A DNA stretch of 64,000 nucleotides from Guillardia theta CCMP2712. Its lineage: Eukaryota; Protista; Cryptophyta. Location of the stretch: assembly GCF_000315625.1 (NCBI RefSeq), contig NW_005434629.1, forward strand, positions 483,230 to 547,229, written 5' to 3'. The notes beneath the pieces were generated by a model. The model made no database searches. It saw only the letters and a list, made by a program, of their open reading frames with translations, and had not been told where the DNA came from. The position numbers and the translations under genes are program-made. Of this stretch, positions 1-12,800 are shown one piece after another; position 1 is the stretch's first letter, and each line of letters begins with the position of its first letter.

Positions 1-1429
1 CAGCAATACGCGTCTGGAAAATCACATGCAGGCACAACGGCCATGCATGAACATTTCAATTGACTTCGTACACGCATTGGCAATACTCACAAGAAGAATC
101 GAAAGCTTCTCTCTCGAACCGAACAATGGTCTACTTCACACTTCGACAAGTGAATGCTTTGCAATTCGCCGTTCACGATTACTTGTTGAAGTAAGTCTGA
201 GATGTTGCTTTTCACAATGCCAGTAGCCAAATTATCATTCTACAGTTATGCAAAATTGTTGAATGAAGATGTTGATACAAGTGAGAGTCCAAGAGCGTCC
301 TTGAGAGATACGTTCTGCAGACTGCAAATATTTTGCAGATGGTATGAAGTTCTGACATTGCCCAGTCAATTAAAGAGGGGGAGAAATCATTCACTCCATG
401 GGAAATTAAGCAACAAATATCAGATCGACTGAATGACTTGAGAGAAAACAAGGTCCGCTTTAGATTCGACGAATAGTTATCCAATCCAGACATTTCTCCC
501 ATTTCTAAGAAGTTGCTTTTCTTGACGGAGTGCATCAATCACCTGTTCAAGAATGTCAGGCATTCGATTTGATCAGGGAAGTCGCAATCTTCATCAAGGG
601 AAGTAAAGATATGGCATAAATCTCACAGTGATATTGCCAAGAAGAATCCTTCATTCATGACTTAAATGGAGGTCGACGGGACCGCTGATCCAGTCGGTGG
701 ATATCATGCTGGAGATGTTCAATGACAAGGCCATCAGTCTGCTGAAGGCAGAAGGGTATGAAGCGACGTCATGAATTGCAGAGACTATGGCTGGCTTTCA
801 CAAAGCATTCGATCAAAGAGGGCTGAATGGTTCAGAGCCGGCGAGTCTCGTACACGATGGTCGCAGCTGGCTGTGGAAGGCATCGGCAGGACCAGTGTCA
901 GCCAAAGATATGTCAAAGGACATATCTTTCTGTCACGTGTGAAGGCTTTGTGGTTGCAATTGATACTCATTTGCAAGTACAGTAGCATGTGAAAGGACAG
1001 AATCATGTGCTGGGAGATGGGGGCCCCCATCTCTAAATCTCTAATTCTCCAACTCTCTGCACCATTAGTGTTGTGGTCTTTGATCGGCCATCTGAACAAG
1101 AAGGATTTTCTGGGAAAATTCAACCAGATGTTCGCGAAACTATATTATCAAGTGGATCCAAACCTGCCTTTTGTATACGAGCATTCGAAGAAGCGAATTG
1201 TCCTCAGAAAAACGCCGAACATAAAACTTTCAATGTACGGGATGGATCAAATAGTAACGAGGAACCAGAAATAAGAAATAACACATAGGAGAACAAAATA
1301 GAACGATTCTATGATGAATCAGAAGAATATGATGGAGAGTTCATCAGTAATATGCCCCGGTTGCGGGAATTGCGTGGCGTTGCTGGTTGCAAGACGAAAA
1401 AGAGAATACGTAATGTAGAAAATATTTAG
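1..1429 (+). CDS. 3' part of a multi-exon hypothetical protein
   Basis: Short GT-AG introns (e.g. 1151-1206, ~1235-1288) join coding pieces (...FAKLYYQ|KNAEHKTFN|ENKIERFYDESEEYDGEF...VENI*, TAG 1427-1429). No domain recognised. Confidence 0.45.
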
Positions 1430-1909
1430 CGCTGCAACGATGGCATCCAAATGATTGATATCATGATATAGATCTCAGATGGACCATGGTGGTTTCACGA
1501 TTGTCATCATTGCACAGGCTGAATTAATCATCCTCAAACCTGGTCGCCGCCTTGCAGCCATTGCGGTTTCCTGCAAACTCACCCACCCCCTCCAAGAAAG
1601 GCAGTGCATTCAGCGGTACCCCCTAGTTTACCTACCCCAACCCTTGAACCCCTGCTTGAACCCTGGGCATGGGCCCGGACTGTTTGGTCGGCCCAGTGTT
1701 GCACGCATATTGAAGGCCGGGGCCGCCCGGCGGCCCGCATGCCAGGGCCGTTCCGCCGGCCGCATTCAAGTTTCAGTGTCACCGTGACGGCCAGGTACAT
1801 TGAGAATGCCATTTATTGATTTCACCAAACTTGACCCTAAATACATCCAAGAATATCTCTCCTTTCTTGCAGCTGCTTTCAACCATCATGACAGGGCCAA
1901 TCACCGTCG

Positions 1910-2939
1910 TCACAGTAGTGCACTTGCGCTTCCTACTATGACGCTTTCAAGCTCTTCTCGGTACGCAACTTCCACAGGTACATCCCAGCCTACATGTGGA
2001 AGGACATCGTCGAAAAATAAATCCAGCCCCTTCGAGTCCCCAAGAAATTCCTCTAGCAGGAAATCCTCTGCCATCCCTTGGGAAGCCGATGCGAAATCCT
2101 GCTCCTCTATTCCCTTGTGCCCGGCGACCAATGATACTGCAATATTCTCTTCTTCCGACTGGCGCCCAAAATCGACAGGTGTAGAGCGCGAAGANNNNNN
2201 NNNNNNNNNNNNNNNNNNNNNNNNNNNNNNNNNNNNNNNNNNNNNNNNNNNNNNNNNNNNNNNNNNNNNNNNNNNNNNNNNNNNNNNNNNNNNNCTACCG
2301 TTCTTGGGCTTGCAATAAACTCGCCGAGGACTCTTGCTCCAGTTCTTCGTCACCTTCACCCACTCCGAAAATCTCCTCCGACAGCACTGGACTAGTGTCT
2401 CGAAGGACATATCCGTGCCAACCTTGTACAGTAGCTGACGAAGCTTTTCCCAACCTATCCTGAGCTCTGCGAGCTCTTGAGGGTCGTCGGGGTTCTTCCA
2501 TCGCCTGTTGCAGAACAAGTATCGTGCACCTGTGCGACGATAATATTAGACTCTTGCATGCAAACGGCTGCGCAAAGACGTACCGCTGCCCTTCGCAAAG
2601 TCTCTGACTTCTACATCGTTTGGTAGGTTACAGCGATTGCGTATCTTGATGAAGCCTCCTCTCTCAAGCACCTTGTTAAACTCCACTTCCGTGAGCCCAA
2701 AGCTCCCCACTGATTGCTCCCGACTTCGGACCACACCAGGGATGCATTCCTTTAGGCCATCATACATGGAAAGATAGCCCTTTCGAGGGATGAAGAGATG
2801 ATTTAAGGTAGGAGTGATCGTTGAAACCTGAGCTCTTATCAACTTCGAGCAAAAGAGAATGATAGAGATCATCGCTCACCGTCTGCGCAAAGCAGAGACC
2901 AACGACCTTGCTCTCTTGAGTAGCTGCCGGTCTTACCAT
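1910..2939 (-). CDS. Hypothetical 3-exon protein, left-arm copy
   Basis: Reverse-complement copy of 4484-5498 with the same splice sites, interrupted by the N-gap 2195-2294. Confidence 0.7.
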
Positions 2940-4483
2940 GGAGGCTAGAAGCAGGAAGAAGGGGACGAGTACGCGAAAACTGAATGGCAAATGTGGGGAG
3001 ACAGGCAAGGTTTTATACCAAGAGTATTTTTGACAAAAAAAGAAACAGTCTCTCACTGAAACTAAGATTCCGAAGGTACCGTGACTTGAAGGGCAATGTC
3101 TGTCAGCACATGGTTTTACTACACAAGCACCTCCTTGTGACCCTTTTTTCGGGATCTGCCGATGGTACTTCGGAGAAAGAATGCTTTTTTTGCGGGAACT
3201 GCCGATGCCAACAGGGATGAAAGGGAGTGATTTCGATCATTCCCGTCGTGTGCCTTCAAAAATATCCCGCACAATGACCAGATGACCCGGTGCAACGCCG
3301 GTGGTTCATACCCTCGTGCCAGGGTTCAAGGGCAGAAGTAAACCGTGACTCGAAGCCGGTATTAGGAATATTCGGAATGCTCGAAAAAAAAGGAAGACTC
3401 TGGCAGGCTGTTGAACTTTTTACAAATGTTTTTCCGAGCTCCGAGCTCCGAGGGCTCCCCGGCGGACGGAGTCCCGATGATTTATTAAGTTGCAAGTTGC
3501 AAGCCAGTCTATTTATAATCATCGGTGACAAGTTGTGACGATTCTACGAGCCGCGCCCTCCACTACTAATAAGTTAACCGTCACGTTGGTCCGATCTTCA
3601 CGTTTACTCAAAGTTAAGTTAAAAAGCAGTACGATCAGCATCATCGGAGCGCGGCCCGGCCTCTCACAGAGACTCAACTTAGGAGTTCGAGCGGCCGCCG
3701 CACGCGGCGTGCCGCAGTGAAGCGGCCGCGCCTCCGCCGGGCGGCCGGGTTCTTGAAGCCCAGTGCCTAGCCTCACGAGTCAGTGCTGCTTATATGTCCA
3801 AGGTCTAGTTCACGGTCCGGGCCGGCGTGTGCCCCGGCTTCACTGAAAATTTAACCTAGTAAACTTGAAAGCCATTAATAAACAGGATTTGGACAAGAAC
3901 CTGAAATATTACTAATTGGATTTCAGGTATAGCTAAAAATCGTCGTATGACCCCCCTTTCCGCACCCACTACCAGGCTCCAGACCACAACTTCCACAAAA
4001 CTGCGTAACACAAAACTATAGCCGGGTCAGATGATGGCAGGGTCAAAACTTGACACGATGACTCTATATGGTTGCGTTCGTCAGCTCAGTGGAGAGTCGG
4101 CATGAGAATCCGATTCGCATCATCGGACTTGAAACTTCACCGGGACTCCGTCCGGGAGCCGCTCGGAGCTCGGAAACACATTTGTAAAAAGTTGAATAGT
4201 GTCTTCCTTTTTTTTCGAGCATTCCGAATATTCCTAATACCGGCTTCGAGTCACGGTTCACTTCTGCCCTTGAACCCTGGCACGAGGGTATGAACCACCG
4301 GCGTTGCACCGGGTCATCTGGTCATTGTGCGGGCTATTTTTGAAGGCACACGACGGGAATGATCGAAATCACTCCCTTTCATCCCTGTTGGCATCGGCAG
4401 TTCCCGCAGTCACGGTACCTTCGGCATCTGAGTTGTCAATAAGTTTTCGCGTCCTGGTCCCCTTCTTCCTGCTTCTAGCCTCC

Positions 4484-5498
4484 ATGGTAAGACCGGCAGC
4501 TACTCAAGAGAGCAAGGTCGTTGGTCTCTGCTTTGCGCAGACGGTGAGCGATGATCTCTATCATTCTCTTTTGCTCGAAGTTGATAAGAGCTCAGGTTTC
4601 AACGATCACTCCTACCTTAAATCATCTCTTCATCCCTCGAAAGGGCTATCTTTCCATGTATGATGGCCTAAAGGAATGCATCCCTGGTGTGGTCCGAAGT
4701 CGGGAGCAATCAGTGGGGAGCTTTGGGCTCACGGAAGTGGAGTTTAACAAGGTGCTAGAGAGAGGAGGCTTCATCAAGATACGCAATCGCTGTAACCTAC
4801 CAAACGATGTAGAAGTCAGGGACTTTGCGAAGGGCAGCGGTACGTCTTTGCGCAGCCGTTTGCATGCAAGAGTCTAATATTATCGTCGCACAGGTGCACG
4901 ATACTTGTTCTGCAACAGGCGATGGAAGAACCCCGACGACCCTCAAGAGCTCGCAGAGCTCAGGATAGGTTGGGAAAAGCTTCGTCAGCTACTGTACAAG
5001 GTTGGCACGGATATGTCCTTCGAGACACTAGTCCAGTGCTGTCGGAGGAGATTTTCGGAGTGGGTGAAGGTGACGAAGAACTGGAGCAAGAGTCCTCGGC
5101 GAGTTTATTGCAAGCCCAAGAACGGTGGAGCAAAGCAGGTTGATGCAGCGCTGAAGATTCCATCAGGGGAGCATCATTGCCTGTCGAGCTCCTTGCCGTC
5201 TTCCTCCACTTCATCTTCGCGCTCTACACCTGTCGATTTTGGGCGCCAGTCGGAAGAAGAGAATATTGCAGTATCATTGGTCGCCGGGCACAAGGGAATA
5301 GAGGAGCAGGATTTCGCATCGGCTTCCCAAGGGATGGCAGAGGATTTCCTGCTAGAGGAATTTCTTGGGGACTCGAAGGGGCTGGATTTATTTTTCGACG
5401 ATGTCCTTCCACATGTAGGCTGGGATGTACCTGTGGAAGTTGCGTACCGAGAAGAGCTTGAAAGCGTCATAGTAGGAAGCGCTAGTGCACTACTGTAA
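4484..5498 (+). CDS. Hypothetical 3-exon protein (exons 4484-4516, 4596-4839, 4894-5498), right-arm copy
   Basis: GT-AG introns join in frame: MVRPAATQESK|VSTITPTLNHLFIP...KGS G|ARYLFCNRRWKNPDDPQEL...SALL*. No known domain recognised. Confidence 0.75.
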
Positions 5499-5606
5499 CG
5501 GTGATTGGTATGGTTGAAAGCAGCTGTAAGAAAGGAGAGATATTCTTGGATGTATTTAGGGTCAAGTTTGGTGAAATCAATAAATGGCATTCTCAATGTA
5601 CCTGGC

Positions 5607-6340
5607 GCCCGTGACAACGGCGGCCGGCCGCCCCCGGCGGCCGCCCGGCCGCTGCCCCTGAGGGCCGGGCCGGGGCTGAGTCGGATCGGCGGACGCCGGC
5701 GGGCCGCGGGCCCGCGCGACTCGCCGCCACTGGGCGGCCTGCAGGTTTGCCGGCCCGGCGGCCGGGGCCGGCACCCGGTGACAGTGACCCGCGGGCCGGG
5801 CCGGCCCCAGCGGCCCGGGTCCGAGAGTCACGAGTCAGGCTGGCCCGGTGACTGCCGGGGCGGCCGCCGGGCCCGCCGGGCCGGCCGGGCGTCACGCCAC
5901 AGGGCCACGGTACTACAAATTGCAATTAGAGCCGTGTCCATGATTAGTACCAGAAGGACAGGATCGAGAATTAACTAAAGCTACAAGCGAACGTAATGAC
6001 GGTACCCGGTACCGTCGCCGCCGGTCCGACTCGCCGATCCGTCGTAGGCCGCGGGGCTCAGCGGCTACTAGCCCCGGTGACCGGGCGCGGGGCCGCCCGG
6101 TTAGGCTGTGCCACCGTACGCGGCGGCCGGGCCGGGCCGCTAGGGACGGTTCCGCGGCCCGGCCGCCCGGCCGGGCGGCCGGGGCGGGGGGCGCCGCCCG
6201 GCCGTTCCCGGGCTCGCCGGGGCCGGCCCGGCCCGGCCGGCGGCGGCCCCCTAGTCACTGGGCCTACCGTACCGTAGTACTCAGTAACTCCGCACGGTGG
6301 GTTAGGCTGGGCTCGGGGTAGGCAAAGCCTCTCGGAGGCT
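5607..6340. other. GC-rich CCGG/GGCC intergenic island (others at ~1690-1790, 3540-3845, 26636-26705, 30440-31190, 37785-38035, 45700-46080, 54135-54415, 56500-57345, 63810-63999)
   Basis: Sharp compositional blocks built from CCGG, GGCC, GTGAC, CTGAGT, CGGTAC and CCGATCGG; always intergenic. Confidence 0.8.
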
Positions 6341-6877
6341 CGGAGTTTTAAGGACTTTGCATTAGAATTAAGTAACTTTTCGCTTGATTTTAAGGACTTT
6401 CCTTCTAAAAATAACTCAATTTCATTCAACTTTACGTATTTTTTACTCAAAAAGAACTGCTGCCTTTCAGAGGGTGGTTAATAATTTTGCTCAAGGGGTG
6501 GCATATACACAGCGAATAGGCATCCATGATCTACCAACTTACTTAGTGATCTAGAATATAAATATCCTCTATATGATGGCCTAGATCAACCCTGCTCTAT
6601 CAAAATCGCCAAAAGGGGGTCCTTTAGAGAGTATGAGGGATGGAGGAGGGCAGAGAACACTTCCCCTCATCCTCCTCCTCCCCTCCTCCTACCCACCACC
6701 CCTCCCCCCCCTCCTGACCCTTTCTTTCCTCCCCCACCCCCTCCCTCGCCCCGTCCTCCTCCCCCCCCCCTTCCGCCGGCGGCAGCTTCTCCTCTCGTTC
6801 CCGGCTGCCCGTGCTCCCGCCGCCCATGTCGCGCCCTCCGCGCCCTCCTCCTCCGCCATGCATGCTCGCACGCCAGC

Positions 6878-9800
6878 ATGGCGAAGCGCCCCCAGCTCTC
6901 GTGCTGCCATTATTGTCGCTGTAGCCCCGTGCCGATGCTTGCTTCTGAAGGCGCTCGTGAGGCTTGTGTTGATTCGGTGAAGTTGTAAATTCAGAATGTT
7001 TTATGCTTCGCAATCTTGTTCGTGCATGTGTGTTGTTCCTGGCGGATCTTCATTCCTCCACGCATTTGAGAGTAGCTCGAACCTGTAGTCCCTGGTTAGT
7101 TGAGAGTTCGGCTCCGCCGCGCCGTCCTGACGCGAGGCCGCGCCATCATAGCTGCTCATCAGAGAGGAATGGGAGGCAGATTGCTAACAATTTTCGTGCT
7201 CAGGTCCACACAACACCTGATCTTGGTTCCTCTCGTGGGAGGTCGCGGGAAGCACAAATGGCAAGTATCTGTTGTTAACAGTGTAAAATGTCCGAAGCTA
7301 GCCACAAGGACAGCGAGCAAGTGGCCCTGGATCAAGCAGGAAACGAGAATGGCGATGCTGAGAAGAGGAAGCGAAAGAGAGAGGGGGGAGACGTGAAGAA
7401 TCAAGCCCAGACCATGACGAGGCCTCCCAGCCGCAGAAGAAAGTTATGAGCGTCAAGGTGATGTGCTCAATAAGCGGCACCCTCTGACAGCTCTATCAGG
7501 GACAAGGAGCTCAATGCTTTGAAGAAGGCAAGCGAGAGCCAAATGAGGATGAAAAATCTCGGATGCTTGCTCGAGATGTCAGTGGAGATCGTCAGAATGT
7601 GCGTGAATGCTTGAGCCGTCTTCCTGTCAGTGCACAGTCCCTAAACTCACTTGGTAGGGGGACACGGAAGGCACTCTTGCTTCTGCCGCCGAACAAGGTA
7701 ACGCTGTTATGTGCTTGATGCAGCACGGCATGGTTGACTAACTCAGCAGCAGGTGGCAAAGGATCGAAGTTTGGGATCCTGCATGCCCAAGATGGAATGG
7801 CAGAGACAGGTGCAAGTCAATTCTGATCAATCAAAGTGCAGACGCGATGTTGACTTGCAGTCTCAGATGAAGGTGCTGAGAGCGATTCCCAAAACAAGAC
7901 CCTGGATGAGTCGTTGCCAATGTCAGAATCCGCACTGTCATTATCCCAGGATTCCCAGGGGGTTGTTGATGTGACGACAAGCAGCTTCGGGCTGCGTTAC
8001 CGCATCGAGGAACAACTTCAGAAGATGCCTCTCAGCGTTGATACAGATTTCGGGCAGATCACCATCTACTCGTTTGGCGCGATCGTTTTTGACGTGGAGG
8101 GATACTGGAATGCAAATCACATCTTCCCTGTAGGTTATTCGGGAATCCACACCCTCGTTACTGCGCAGGAAGATCCTGCCAAGATTACTTTCTTCTTTGA
8201 GATACGATATGATGGTGCTGGCCTGGGGAACACACCGCTGTTTGTAGTGTCTCCTCAATCCGTTCCACATGAGTTTTCCTCCGCTGACGCCGACGATGCG
8301 TGGAAACAAGCTCTGGATGAGACGAAAGCGACTTGGCCTTGGGAATCGGCGGCGATGCCTCCTGGTCCAGCGCTCTTCGGGTTGACCTGCGAGAAGATCA
8401 GGGAGAGAATCAACAGCATGCCTGGGAGTAGCCTCTGTCATGTTGGCTCTAGCCTGCACAAGGCTCGTCGCAGTGCCTTCCTTGAAGCCTCTCGTAGTCT
8501 CAAGGATGTAAAGAAGGGAAAAGATGCAGACAGTAGGAAATCAAGGGATGGAGACAGCCAGGATAAGGACAAGGGCACCAAGAAAGAATCAAGGGAAGAA
8601 CGCAACCGCCGCAAGGAGGAGGCAAAGAAATCCAGGCTTATGGAACGAGAGCGATTGAGGAAAGAGAGGTTGAAGCAGAAACAGCAGGAGAAAGATCACC
8701 TGAATGAACTCAAGGAGAAGCAGAAACTAGAAGCGCAAAAGAGGAAGGATCAAGAGAAAGAGATCGTCAAGGACCTGCGAGAAAAGAGGCAAGCAGAGAT
8801 AGAGAAAGCCAAGGAGGAGAGGAGGATCGCGGTTGAAAACTATAGAGAGATGGAGAAGAAAATTAGAGAGCAGCAGCGTCTGGCAAAAGTTCTTGAATTG
8901 AGACAGTCGGTGATGGAGGACCTGGAGTTGATGAACCTCAGGAAGTTTGAGAACCCCGAAGACAGCAAACCCATCAAGGACTGGTCGGAGCAGATTTTTG
9001 TCGAGCCCTCAGACAGGAAAGACATCCTGGAGTCAGAGAAACCGTGCCCGACCTTGCCTGAGCAGCACACCAGCGCGATCATTGAGATCTGGGAGTTTGT
9101 CAACATGTTCTCGGAGAGGTTGTGTTGTAAGAAAATGCCGTGGTCGGAGTTTTCGGAAGCGATCATGGATGAATGCTGTCTGGTCTTTCATGGCCTACAT
9201 GTCCAACTTGTGAACATGATCTATCATGACTTGCCAGCTGCCGACCATCCTTTCCGTGGACGGCCGTTGAACAGTCTGACCTGGCCAGAATTGTTTCGTC
9301 AGTACTTGCTAATGGTGCGCCAAGAGTACAAGGATGAAGAACTGGATGAGCTGGCTACAAAGCTGCGCCTGCATGAGATGCAATTGTCTCTGGAGCACGA
9401 GCGGTACGAAGACCTTCCGTTTGATACCAGAATCCTGCTTCTTTCCTTCAACATGAACCTGGCCATGGAGACGCACACGATCCGCAACATGATCGACGAG
9501 CGCATCGAGAAGCATGCGTCTCTCCAGTATGAGAAGCGACAAGAATTCTATCAGCTAGCAAGAGATAGCCGAGAAGGCAAATCGACATTTGGAGACCGCA
9601 AGGACGAGTTGCCGTTGCACACGATCGAAGAAGTTGAGAGTGCAGTCATGGAGCTTCAGGACATTCTGACAGACGCGGTTTCGGATCCCGACGGTTCGTA
9701 CGGTCCAGGTCTTTGGCCGACCGTGTCACTGGAAGCCATTGAAGTTATACGGGCCTCGGCGAGGATCTTGTTGGGATGCTTGGCGAGCGGAGAGTGCAGT

Positions 9801-12800
9801 TTCAAGTCATGCGATGCGATCAGGCGATCGTACATTCACGACCTCTCAAGTCGGATGGTGAACTCAGTGGAGAAGAACGGGAACAGGTGGCATGAGGAGT
9901 GGAAGACTCTGCTCAACAACTCCTTGGATCAAGTGCTGGGGACGCAGCCGTCGAGCCGACTCCCTGAAATCTTTGAGAACCTTGCAAACTTATACGAGCC
10001 TGAACCGACAGAGTCCGAGTATGTTGACAAGAACGGCTCAGAGGGCACGGAAAGGATGCAGGTTGGAGGAAAGACGATCTATGGGCTGTCAAATAGGGGC
10101 GCAAACCCTGAAGATGACGATCATGATGATGCTGAGGATGATGAAGAAGAGTATGATGAAGAATCCGAGGAAAGCGATGATGCCCACGACAACGATGAGG
10201 AGGGAGATAATGACGACGACGATGACGACGATGACGATGCTGAAGACAATCATCACAATGAGGAAGAAGATGAAGATGCGAACGATGATGATGCTGACGA
10301 CGACGACGACGACGACGACGGCGATGAGGAGGATAGAAAGGAAAGTCTGCGGGAGTCAGGCAAGAAGCAGCATCGGGGCATACCACAGACAGACGGGCTG
10401 GACATCTTTCATTGCCTCTCACAAGTCGATGGTGCAGAGGATGAGGGGTCGTCGTTTCATCTCGGGTCTGACGACCAGGAATCTAATTTCTCCAATAGAA
10501 ACTCCCCTACTGGCCTTGAGACCAGTGAGCTCGCCAGCCCAAGTCAAGGCAAGAAGGCCAAACAATCTCAGCCGAAAAAAGATGTCAAAGGATCCGACGG
10601 TGCCAAGAAGAAAGCAGGCGACTCATCTGAAAAGAAACCTGCCAAGAAACCTTCTCAGAAACAACCGGCTGGCCCGAAACGTCCACAGCCGGCTTTCTTC
10701 CACTACTGCAACGCAGTGCGAGATCAAGTCAAGCTCGAAAACCCTTCGTGCTCGTTTGGCGAGCTGTCGAAGCTGATCGGAAAGAAGTGGTCGGAGCTTC
10801 CTGCAGCAGACAAGGTCAAGTACGTCGACATGGAGGAGAAGGACAGAGAGAGGTACAGCGCAGAGATGAAGTCGACCATGTTGGGAGGGAGCCCCCCTGC
10901 GAAGGCATCCAAGTCGACGATCAAAACGGAGAAAGACAGTGAGTTGCCTGAAGACACGCTGATGACCCTAGAGGACGACAGCGAGTCTGACACGTCATCA
11001 CCGAGCGCAAACCAGGACGCGAGCGAAAGCGAGCACAGAGCCAAAGGAGGGCACGTGGGGGCTGATGGCAAGAACTCCAAGGGCTCCAGTGTCAGGATCA
11101 CTGTCATCCCGATGAGAAAGGCGAGCATGAACGCGAGCAGTAGGAAAGGAGCCTCGAGGAAGATCCGCAAGGGAGAGGAGCCTGTTGACTGGATCCAGTG
11201 CGACTCGTGCAATACCTGGCGATTCTTCTACCCCGGGCTTGCCCCGAACACTGTGACTGAAGCGTGGAACTGCAAGCAGGCAAAGAGAGAATGCGGTCAG
11301 TTGAGAATGGAAGAAGAGTTCATGAAGGACTGGACTGACATGATGAAGAACGACAACCAGGCAACTTGTTATAAGTTTGTCCTCGAGGGCGTCACGTTTG
11401 TTGTCTACGAGCTGTACTGGTCGGTGATCTCCCTCGGAGGGTCCAGCGCTGTCTCCAAGTGGAAGGACGTCGGCAACGACATGATGTGGCGGAAGAAGGG
11501 TGTGCTCGTGAGCAAGACCCCAGGGAAGAACTACGGGCTGATCAAGAATCAGTGGGAGCGATGGCAGCTATCAAAGTTCGAGGAGCTCTACTCGTCCAAA
11601 CCCGTGCCGGAGGAGTACCTTGCCCCTGCTGTGGATCCCAAGAGGAAGGACAAGGACAAGGAGACTGCTGCTATCCACTCTCCCCTTAGCATCGACGCAC
11701 CCAACTCCAACTCCAAGAAAGAGGCTCCGTGGAAGGGAAGGAAGATGTGGCCAAGGAAAGAGATCAGCTTCCCGGCGGAGACAGGCTCTCCTGTCCCCTT
11801 TGAAAGCACCAGCCCCATTCCTTCGATGGAGTCTCCAGTCATCCAGGCACAGCTCCCCCCTCTGCCTGTCTATAACCCTCTTCCTCCTCTCCCCGAGCTG
11901 ACCTACGACGACAAGCTGCACCTGCGCATGAACGAGAGCGTCTCCTTCGCGCGAGGGCTGCGGGTGGACGGCGAAGTCTCCGTCAAGAAGGCCAACGACG
12001 TGATATGGAGGACGAGGCTCGAGGCCGTGAAGCTGCGCGACGAGCCGCTGGGGCAGGATCGCTTCTTCAACCGCTACTGGGTGCTCAACGACGACTTCTC
12101 CAGGATCTGGGTGCAGAGGGTCAACTCGGAGCACGGGCTGGAGTCCTCGTGGGGGGCATACACGACCATCGAGGAGGTAGACAAGCTAATAGGGCTCCTC
12201 GACCCCCACGGCATGCGCGAGAACAACCTGAAGGAGGTGGGGCAGAGGCGCTGATGCTGATGTGTGCTGACCGGCTTGCAGTCGTTGGAAGCCTACCGGG
12301 ATGACTTCAATCGTGCGATGCACAAGAAGGAGGAGGGAGGAGGAGCATCCAAGTCGCAGGAGGAGGATCCTGACCTGCAAGAGCTCAAAGTCACGCACGA
12401 CAGCATCAGCACCAAGGCCGCTCACTTCCTGGTTGTGGAGAACAAGTCCAAGTTCGAGCACGCTCTCAAGATCAAGTTCCACCAGTCAGTTTTCGGCCTG
12501 TCGCACGGGAGTGAGATGCAGGTGTGATGTCGTCGGGATGCCAGGGGAAGCGTCTGGTTGACCCGATGCGCAGGAGATGAGGAGGGTGTTCGCTATCCCC
12601 GCGGAGATTTGTACAGAGGAAGCGGGAAAGGTCAGACCAGCTCGAGGAGTTTTCAACCTCTGAATAGCTGCAGATTCATATCTGTGAGAATCTCCGCAAG
12701 CTCAAAGGAGATGCGCTGACTATCCACATGGTCCTCGATCCTCCTCCTCTCCCTCCTGCTGACTCACTTCGCAGGCGATCTCGGAGCTGCATGGCGGCGA

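Larger units (their letters stand above)
1791..5606. repeat. Inverted duplication 1: arms ~1791-3480 and ~4137-5606, spacer ~650 bp
   Basis: Mirrored near-identical ORFs (2546..2872- = 4551..4877+; 1910..2518- = 4905..5498+; 3290+ ~ 4309-). The left arm has two extra segments (~2982-3060, ~3086-3190) and a 100-N gap. Confidence 0.95.

Noticed and set aside
5505-6450. Arg/Gly/Pro-rich ORFs in GC islands (also 30395-31432, 56464-57375)
   Set aside because: Stop-poor because of extreme GC; no motifs; homologous island DNA is full of indels.
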